Shown: positions 57,302-64,000 of the stretch, one piece after another
How the letters are laid out: each line of letters starts with the position of its first letter
Position numbering within the stretch: position 1 is the stretch's first letter
Assembly (NCBI GenBank): GCA_963828165.1
Contig: CAWHDR010000001.1
Location: forward strand, 832,001-896,000
DNA: 64,000 nucleotides
Source of the DNA: an uncultured Chloroflexia bacterium
GTDB lineage: Bacteria > Chloroflexota > Limnocylindria > Limnocylindrales > CSP1-4
Reading direction: 5' to 3'
The notes under the pieces: model-generated
Told to the model about the DNA's origin: nothing
Databases searched by the model: none
What the model saw: only the letters and a program-made list of their open reading frames with translations
Program-made: the position numbers and the translations under genes

Positions 57302-57369
57302 CCGATCGCCCGGCTTGGCGGAGGGGATCACTCAAGCCCCGTCGAGTGAACCGCCCGCCGGGCGATCGG
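57302..57369. repeat. Long intergenic hairpin
   Basis: CCGATCGCCCGGC...GCCGGGCGATCGG (13 bp) with inner GGCGG/CCGCC and TCACTC/GAGTGA pairs. Confidence 0.6.
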
Positions 57370-57452
57370 ACCCATGCTTGGCCCACCCGCCGTCCCGACC
57401 AGTCAGGTGCAGCCGGGACGGCTCCAACCTGGCCCCGCTATGCTCGGGACCC

Positions 57453-57845
57453 ATGGACGACAAGACCGCCATCCTGGCTCGGCTCCCGATCTTCGCCAAG
57501 CTCGATGCGCGCAGCCTGGAAGCGATCGGGGCCCTGGCTCGGATCGTGTCGGTGCCCGCCGGCACGGTCCTGATGAGCGAAGGTGAGGCGGCCGAGTCCT
57601 TCTACGTCATCGTCACCGGCACCGTCCACGTCGAACGCAATGGCGCCTTCGTGCGGTCGATGTCCGACGGCGGTTTCCTCGGCGAGATCGCCCTCGTCGA
57701 GGAGCGGACGCACACCGCGACCGTGACCTGCACCACGGCGTGCGAGTTCGTGCAGCTCGGTCGCTACGAGTTCGGCCGGATCATGGATCGGTTCCCCGAC
57801 ATTCGCACGCGCATCGACGCGGCGGTGGCTCGCCGCCCGTTCTAG
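57453..57845 (+). CDS. Stand-alone cyclic nucleotide-binding domain protein
   Basis: EGE, FYVIVTG, FLGEIAL and HTATV. Confidence 0.88.
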   Translation: MDDKTAILARLPIFAKLDARSLEAIGALARIVSVPAGTVLMSEGEAAESFYVIVTGTVHVERNGAFVRSMSDGGFLGEIALVEERTHTATVTCTTACEFVQLGRYEFGRIMDRFPDIRTRIDAAVARRPF

Positions 57846-57895
57846 GGCAGCGTTCGTGAGCCGGCACGCCCGTCGCGGTATCATCCGGTCCGCAT

Positions 57896-57972
57896 CCGCC
57901 CGTAGCTCAGTGGATCAGAGCGACTGACTTCGGATCAGTAGGTCGGGGGTTCGAATCCCTCCGGGCGGGCCA
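57896..57972 (+). tRNA. tRNA-Arg(UCG)
   Basis: 77-nt cloverleaf CCGCCCG...ACTGA-CTTCGGA-TCAGT...TTCGAAT...CGGGCGG-G-CCA; TATCAT upstream. Confidence 0.95.
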
Positions 57973-57980
57973 TTGATCCC

Positions 57981-58481
57981 ATGGGGATGTGTGAGGGTCC
58001 CTTGACCGAATTCGTCCCCGCCTCGTTTGACCCGCCCCCCGGCCTTGCCCACGTGGCCTTCCGGCTGGAACCTCTCGGCCCCGAGCACAACGCCTCTGAC
58101 CATGCGGCGTGGAGTTCGAGCATCGACCATATCCGCTCGACCCCCGGTTTCGAGGGCTGGTCTTGGCCCCACCCGATGAGCCTCGAGGAAAACCTTGGCG
58201 ACCTCGTCCGCCATGCCGAAGACTTCGCGGCGCGGACGGGTTTCACCTACACGGTGCTCGCCCCGGATCAGGACGGTGCCACCGTCATCGGGTGCGTCTA
58301 CATCTACCCGAGTAAGCGGGCAGGCTTCGACGCCGATGTTCGGTCCTGGGTCCGCGCGGCCGACGCACGTCTCGACGCCGTGCTCTACCGCGCTGTCAGC
58401 GATTGGCTCGATGAGGCGTGGCCGTTCGAGCGCGTGGATTACGCTGTCCGACCCGACGCAGTATCGCCGACCCTTCCTTGA
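57981..58481 (+). CDS. GNAT-like N-acetyltransferase (RimJ/RimL-like)
   Basis: LEPLGPEHNASD, FTYTV, GCVYIYP and WPF. Confidence 0.75.
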   Translation: MGMCEGPLTEFVPASFDPPPGLAHVAFRLEPLGPEHNASDHAAWSSSIDHIRSTPGFEGWSWPHPMSLEENLGDLVRHAEDFAARTGFTYTVLAPDQDGATVIGCVYIYPSKRAGFDADVRSWVRAADARLDAVLYRAVSDWLDEAWPFERVDYAVRPDAVSPTLP

Positions 58482-58591
58482 ACGACGCACCGCGGTTTGC
58501 ATCTGGGGTCCTTGGTGATACATCCGGTCGGGTGTACGATTTACCGACCGGGGAGACAGCGTCGGTGGCACTCGGAACGAGGGGTTAGCAG

Positions 58592-58780
58592 ATGAGCGAC
58601 CGCACGCCCGAGCAGATCCTCGCCGAATGGCGCGATTGTGAGCGTCGGCACGCCGACGGACCGTCCGCGGAGCTGGCTCGGCGCATCGATGAACTCAGGG
58701 CCGAGCACGCCAACGCGGTCCTGGCCCGGCATGACGAGGCCGAGGAGCTGGCAGAGCTCAGCCCGCTCCGCTCGATCTGA
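58592..58780 (+). CDS. Small hypothetical helical protein
   Basis: GAGG RBS; 62 aa, acidic and helical. Confidence 0.5.
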   Translation: MSDRTPEQILAEWRDCERRHADGPSAELARRIDELRAEHANAVLARHDEAEELAELSPLRSI

Positions 58781-58800
58781 CCCTCACGGGCGACCGCCCG

Positions 58801-59115
58801 TCAGTCGTCCTCCGCCTCGGGATCGATATCGAGCGCTTCGTAGTGCGCGACCCGCAGGTCGAGGACGAGTTCCTCGGCGCCGGGCAGCAGCCGTGGCCGC
58901 TCGAGGTCGGGTCCCGCCCAGCCGTACAGCGACGCCGTGTCCTTCCACTCCTCGAAGAGGCACACCTCCTGCTCGCCACCCCGGATCCGACGGGCGAGCT
59001 TCGCATACCGCAAACCCGGGTAGTCGCGCAGCAGCGGCAACTGCGTTCGCATCAGCTCGTTGAACTGCCCGGCCTGGTCGGCCTTCAGCGTGGCGGTCAA
59101 GACGCGGACGATCAT
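58801..59115 (-). CDS. Antibiotic biosynthesis monooxygenase-like (dimeric alpha/beta barrel) protein
   Basis: MIVRV, PGL, EEW and HYE pattern. Confidence 0.7.
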   Translation of the reverse strand: MIVRVLTATLKADQAGQFNELMRTQLPLLRDYPGLRYAKLARRIRGGEQEVCLFEEWKDTASLYGWAGPDLERPRLLPGAEELVLDLRVAHYEALDIDPEAEDD

Positions 59116-59365
59116 GTCCCTACACTATGCCAAGCGGTGGCCACCGCGAACCCTTCCCCGCGCATGGCACGACGCAAGTGGGCGATGATCGCTGGCATGG
59201 ATCGAACCTGGGCGGGCGTTCTGATCAAGTCGGAGCTGGGTCCTGACTGAGGAGCCGCTCGGCCGGCGTCTGACGCGGCCAGGGACCCTGGCCCATTCCC
59301 TCCTGCGATGGCTCGCCGACGCGCCCCGCTACCCGGCAGCCGACGCGGATCGTCGCGAGATCGAC

Positions 59366-60028
59366 GTGCTGGGTCTGCGACTTCCGTGGCGAGCCACGGT
59401 CGCGATCACGGTCGTAACGCTCGTCTTGCTCGTGGACTACTCGCGGATCCTGCTCCCGGACGCGGCCGACAGCTTGGGCCGCGCGCCGATGGGGATGCGC
59501 TTCGTCGCCATCGAGCGCTTCCTGCTGTTCGGGCTGCTGCCGCTCGCGGTCGTCATCCTCGCGTTTCGCGATCGCCCATCCCGCTACGGGATCGCGATCG
59601 GCGACTGGCTGGCGGGCGCGGCCCTCATGCTCGTCGGTTGCGCGGTCATGACGCCGCTCGTGCTCTGGTTCGCGACGCTGCCGGACGTTCGGTCCTATTA
59701 CGCCTCGAGCGTCGAGCCACTCGCCAGTCTGTTGCTCACGAACGCGCTCGACCTGTCCGCGGGCGAGTTCTTGTTCCGCGGCTTTCTGACGTTCACGCTG
59801 CTGCGGGCGATCGGGCCGGCCGGTGTGCTCGTGGCCACGATGCCGTTCGTGTACGTCCACCTCGGCAAGCCGGAGCTGGAGCTGTACTCGACGCTCGCCG
59901 GCGGTCTCATCTACGGCTGGCTGGCATGGCGCACCCGATCCATCCTGTGGGGAACGATCGGGCACGTGTACATCCTGACCCTGGTGATCGTCGCGGCTGG
60001 CGCCGGGGCGCCGGTGGCACCGGCGTAG
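59366..60028 (+). CDS. CPBP (CAAX/Abi) intramembrane glutamic protease
   Basis: EFLFRG, F...HLGKP, RTRSI...H; multiple TM helices; the frame stays open upstream to CTG 59243. Confidence 0.85.
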   Translation: MLGLRLPWRATVAITVVTLVLLVDYSRILLPDAADSLGRAPMGMRFVAIERFLLFGLLPLAVVILAFRDRPSRYGIAIGDWLAGAALMLVGCAVMTPLVLWFATLPDVRSYYASSVEPLASLLLTNALDLSAGEFLFRGFLTFTLLRAIGPAGVLVATMPFVYVHLGKPELELYSTLAGGLIYGWLAWRTRSILWGTIGHVYILTLVIVAAGAGAPVAPA

Positions 60029-60037
60029 CCGGCGCGT

Positions 60038-60292
60038 CTAGCGCTTCGCGGCCTTCGCCACGTCGGAGCTGTCGTCGACGTCGATGTCGTGACGTCGAGC
60101 CGCCGACATGATCTTGCGGGCGGCAGCGTGCTTCGCTGCCGTGTCCTCGAAATCGGTCTGGTCGAAGCGGGCGATCGCGTTGCGAACGTGCGATTCGTCG
60201 TTGATCGGCAGGTGCCGCTCGCCGTCCTTGTCGATGTAGGCGAATGATCCGTCGCGCAGTCGCTCGCGCTTGGCAGTCGTCAATTCGGCCAC
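60038..60292 (-). CDS. DUF6582-like small protein
   Basis: GGAGG plus GTG; FAY...RHLPINDESHVRNAIARFDQ. Confidence 0.75.
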   Translation of the reverse strand: MAELTTAKRERLRDGSFAYIDKDGERHLPINDESHVRNAIARFDQTDFEDTAAKHAAARKIMSAARRHDIDVDDSSDVAKAAKR

Positions 60293-60414
60293 GGTGATAC
60301 CTCCCTTGGGTGCCTCCACATGGTCGCCGAGCGGACGTCGAAACCGCCCGGGTGGTCTGGCCCGGGCGGCTTGCAGGAACGTGTCGGTAGCGATGCGCCG
60401 AACTGATCCGAGCG

Positions 60415-60909
60415 TCAGGCCCTCGCGGCTCCCGCGGCACCCCAACGTCGGACTTCCGCATCCAGATCGAGCGGCAGCACGACGCCCTTGTCCGCGTACT
60501 CGCCCCACGCCTCGCGCGGGACGCGCCACATGATCTCGAACTCGATGCCGTCGGGGTCGGCGCCGTAGAGCGACTTGCTCACGCCGTGATCGGAGCTGCC
60601 ACCCAGTGCGCCCGCTTCGGACAGGACCTTCGCGGCGACCGCCAGGTCATCGATGGTCGGCACTTCCCAGGCGAGGTGATACAGGCCGGTCGATCCGCGC
60701 GGCGAGCGCGGCGCGTCCGGCCCGACCGAGAACAGCCCGAGGTCGTGGTGATTGTCACCATCGGGCGAGCGCATGAAGACGGCTCGGCCGCCGAACGCGC
60801 TCTCGACGACCTCGAACCCGAAGACGCGGCCGTAGAATTCGGCCGACGCCGTGGCGTCGCGGACGTACAGGACGGCGTGGTTCAGTCGCGCGACGGGGAT
60901 CGATGCCAT
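60415..60909 (-). CDS. VOC-family (glyoxalase/dioxygenase) protein
   Basis: HAVLYVRD, HHDLGL, GLYHLAW and DPDGIEFE. Confidence 0.9.
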   Translation of the reverse strand: MASIPVARLNHAVLYVRDATASAEFYGRVFGFEVVESAFGGRAVFMRSPDGDNHHDLGLFSVGPDAPRSPRGSTGLYHLAWEVPTIDDLAVAAKVLSEAGALGGSSDHGVSKSLYGADPDGIEFEIMWRVPREAWGEYADKGVVLPLDLDAEVRRWGAAGAARA

Positions 60910-60912
60910 CGG

Positions 60913-61536
60913 TCAGCTCCGGCTGTCGGGGCCGAGGAGGACCCAGGCGTCCTGCCACGTGCCGCCCTGCATATTGCGGCTGATGTTCAGCCACGCCATG
61001 CCTTCGAGGGTACGCGCGACGGCAAGTGAACCGGCATCGACCGGACGGAAGCCGATCGACTCGACGAGGCTGAGGACCTTCTCCTTGGCTGCATCGTCGT
61101 CACCGGCCACATAGCCGTCTGCGGACACGCCGTCGACGTTCGGATCGGCCTGGCGCGTGGCGAACGCCGTGTTGAAGGCCTTGACCACGGACGCATCCGG
61201 CAGTCGAGCCTGCAGCTCCTCGGCGGCGGAGGTGCCGGTCCCGGAGGCATCAGGCGTGGGGCGGTTCGAGACGTCGACGACGACCTTGCCCGCGAGATCC
61301 TCGCCGAGCTCGGTCACGAGGTCGTCGAAGGACGTCCCTGGGACCGCGAAGATGACGACGTCGCTGCCGGCGATCGCATCCCTGTTCGAGCTGGCCGAGC
61401 CCGTTCCGGTGGCCTGCGCGACCTGGGTCGCGTGGCCCTTGGTCTTGGCACTGATGGTGACGTGATGGCCGGCGCGAGCGAGCGCTCCGGCCAGGGCCGA
61501 GCCGACGTTCCCGGCTCCGATGATCGCGATGTCCAT
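60913..61536 (-). CDS. NADPH-dependent F420 reductase-family oxidoreductase
   Basis: IIGAGNVG, DVSN, VVKAFN, AGDD and DAG.L; GGAGG RBS. Confidence 0.88.
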   Translation of the reverse strand: MDIAIIGAGNVGSALAGALARAGHHVTISAKTKGHATQVAQATGTGSASSNRDAIAGSDVVIFAVPGTSFDDLVTELGEDLAGKVVVDVSNRPTPDASGTGTSAAEELQARLPDASVVKAFNTAFATRQADPNVDGVSADGYVAGDDDAAKEKVLSLVESIGFRPVDAGSLAVARTLEGMAWLNISRNMQGGTWQDAWVLLGPDSRS

Positions 61537-61651
61537 GATCCTGGATCCTCCTGAGGTTGCCGACCCGTTTCGTCGGGTCGGCATTTCGTTGCTGATGCAA
61601 CCATACGCCGATGGTATACTCCTGTCAATACCTGTTTGATGAGGGCAAAAG

Positions 61652-62215
61652 ATGATGAGACAGCCCGACGGAGCCATCCGTGCGCGCCCGGTCGTCGGTC
61701 GACAGATCCGCCGGTGGCGCACGGAACGTGGGCTGACGCTCGCGCGCGTGGCCGAGCGGAGCGGTCTGACGGTGGGCTATCTGTCGCAGATCGAGAATGA
61801 CAAGGCATCGCCGTCGCTGGCGGTCCTCGGGCAGATCGCCGAGGTGCTCGACGTCTCCCCCGCCTGGTTCCTGATGGACGACGTGCCGCCGCCGCGCGTC
61901 GTGCGCGCCGCGGAACGACCGGTGACCGCGACCGACGGCGGGCGCGTGGAGCATGTCGATGGGCGGACCTCGCGCGATGTTGCGATCCTCGAAGTCGTCG
62001 GTGCCCCAGGCACGCGTGTCGGGGCGCACGCGCATCCCGGCGACGAGCATCACATCGTGCTGCGTGGACGGATGCGGCTGACGCAGGGCGAACACAGCAT
62101 CGAGGTCGGTCCCGGCGACTACGTCCGGTGGGACGGGTCGATCCCGCACGACGGCGAGATCCTGGGCGACGAAGATGCCGCCATGCTGCTCGTCCGGATC
62201 AACCCACGCACCTGA
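61652..62215 (+). CDS. XRE-family HTH plus cupin regulator (PuuR-like)
   Basis: GLTL..VA..SGL...YLSQIE, HAHPGDE and PH. Confidence 0.9.
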   Translation: MMRQPDGAIRARPVVGRQIRRWRTERGLTLARVAERSGLTVGYLSQIENDKASPSLAVLGQIAEVLDVSPAWFLMDDVPPPRVVRAAERPVTATDGGRVEHVDGRTSRDVAILEVVGAPGTRVGAHAHPGDEHHIVLRGRMRLTQGEHSIEVGPGDYVRWDGSIPHDGEILGDEDAAMLLVRINPRT

Positions 62216-62240
62216 CAGCTTCGCGCGTACCATCGTGAGC

Positions 62241-63018
62241 GTGACCCGCCAAGCCGTCACGTACGCGTCCTACCTCAAGGTGCCGGAGCTCCTCGCCCTC
62301 CAGGTCGAGCGATCCGCCGGCGCGGACGGCCCAGAGCACGACGAGCTGTTGTTCATCGTCATCCACCAGGTCTACGAGCTGTGGTTCAAGCAGGTCCGCC
62401 ACGAGCTTCTGGCCGTCCAGCGGGCGCTGGAGTCGGGTGACACCGACACCGCCCTCCACCTGCTCAACCGGGTCCTCAAGATCCTCAAGACGCTCGTCGC
62501 CCAGGTCGACGTGCTCGAGACGATGACCCCGCTCCAGTTCCTGTCGTTCCGCGACCGGCTCGAATCCGCGTCGGGGTTCCAGTCCGGTGGATTCCGGCAA
62601 GTCGAGGCGCTGCTCGGCCTGCGCGACCCGGCGTCGGCCCGCGCCCAGCCGGAGGCATCCGAGGCGCGCCGGGCGATCGAGGAGGACCAGGCCGGGCCGT
62701 CGGTCTGGGACTCGTTCCTGGCCTACCTGGGCCAGCGTGGGCATGCGGTGCCCGCCGATGCCACGACGCCGGACGAGCGCGTCCAGGAGATCGTGGTTGC
62801 CGTGTATCGCGGTGACCCAGACGCCGCCCTGGTCGCGGAGCGGCTCGTCGACCTCGACGAGGGTGTCCAGGAGTGGCGCTACCGGCACGTGAAGATGGTC
62901 GAGCGGACGATCGGCACGAAGGCGGGCACGGGCGGGTCGAGCGGGGTGGAGTACCTGCGCATGGACGCTCTTCCGGCCGGCGTTCCCGGACCTGTGGGAG
63001 ATCCGCTCGAGGCTCTGA
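62241..63018 (+). CDS. kynA: Tryptophan 2,3-dioxygenase (one extra base near the 3' end)
   Basis: HDELLFIVIHQVYELWFK, ASGFQS and WRYRH...GTGGSSG; the true C-terminus TLFRPAFPDLWEIRSRL* lies in another frame after ~62964. Confidence 0.9.
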
Positions 63019-63034
63019 TCGGGCGCCCTCCGCC

Positions 63035-64000
63035 GAGTCACTCGTGGACGTCTCCGGGGAACCTTGGATCGCCAACATGAACGAGTCGTATCTGCCGACG
63101 GTGTCGGCGGGTGACAAGATCTTCGGCGCGCCAAGCGAGACGCCATGGGCGGTGGAATCCTGTACAACAAGAAGGTGTATGCCGACCTCAGTCTGTCAGT
63201 CCCGACGACGTGGGCCGAGTTCGCTGCCAACAACGAGAAGATCAAGGCGGCGGACATCGCACCGGTCGCCGCGACGTTCGGCGACACGTGGACGTCACAG
63301 TTGTTCGTCCTCGCTGACTACTTCAACGTGCAGTCGGCCGTGCCCGACTTCGCGGAGAAGTACACGGCCAACGAGGCCCACTACGCTGACACCCCCGCGC
63401 GTTGGCCAGCTTCAAGCGCCTCCAGGAGGCGTATGACAAGGACTGGTGGCAGGAGGACTTCGCCGCGACCAAGCTGGACGGCGGTCTCGAAGCCGTTGCA
63501 CCGGCACGGCGGCCCACTATCCGATGCTTACCTTCGTGCTCGGGACGATCGCCGAGAACTTCCCGATCAGGTCAACGACGTCGGGTTCTTCGCGCAGACC
63601 GGGCGACGGCGCCAAATGGCGCGACGATCTGGATGCCGGCCGCCACGTACATCGCCGCCACGACGGAGAACGCCGACGTGGCCAAGGACTTCCTCGGGTT
63701 CATCGCGTCGGTCGAAGGGACCGAGGCGCTGACGTCTGCCATCGCGCCGTCGGGTCCGTACGTGATCAACGGCTCGTCGCTGCCGGCCGACGTGCTGCCG
63801 GCAGTCAAGGACATCCAGACCTACCTGGAGGCGAACACCACAGCGCCCGCACTCGAGTTCCTCTCGCCGGTCAAGGGGCCGGCGCTCGAGCAGATCACGG
63901 TCGCGGTGGGCACGGGTCAGTACAGCGCCGAAGAAGCCGCCGCGTTGTATGACCAGGATGTTGAGAAGGCAGCACAGCAGCTCGGCCTGCCGGGCTGGGA
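63035..64000 (+). pseudogene. Carbohydrate ABC transporter substrate-binding protein, 5'-truncated and multiply frameshifted
   Basis: GILYNKKVY, PTTWAEF, WTSQL, ALEFLSPVKGP and AQQLGLPGW are spread over different frames; no signal peptide or start. Confidence 0.75.

Noticed and set aside
57896-62215. Island at tRNA-Arg
   Set aside because: The downstream genes are small and accessory-like, but no att repeat or mobility gene was found.

Overview
This is a very GC-rich, gene-dense chromosomal window with about 70 CDS and two tRNAs (Lys-UUU, Arg-UCG). It contains no integrase, transposase, rRNA or CRISPR array. Gene style suggests an aerobic heterotroph, probably Chloroflexota (Limnocylindria-like); this is inference only. 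The main blocks are: (1) a C/N assimilation region with ppc, a soluble GAF histidine kinase/response regulator pair, gltB without an adjacent gltD and amt without glnK; (2) an ECF sigma/anti-sigma copper-type module with a shared promoter motif; (3) an SDR-ProDH-aminotransferase-2-hydroxyacid dehydrogenase operon; (4) the most striking locus, 29.1-35.7 kb on the minus strand, where a GltD/Nfn-like FAD/NAD(P)H multi-[4Fe-4S] oxidoreductase overlaps a b6f-type split cytochrome b, followed by a Rieske protein, a cytochrome c-cupredoxin fusion and a membrane Kelch protein; (5) an HTH-multiGAF-GGDEF protein behind an inverted-repeat operator; (6) a DUF62 SAM hydrolase with an ECF transporter; and (7) a WYL-CAP-HD cluster. 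Many genes look leaderless. The last ~1 kb has multiple frameshifts and a probable chimeric junction, so sequence quality there is low. Several start codons were re-placed by eye relative to the supplied ORF track.
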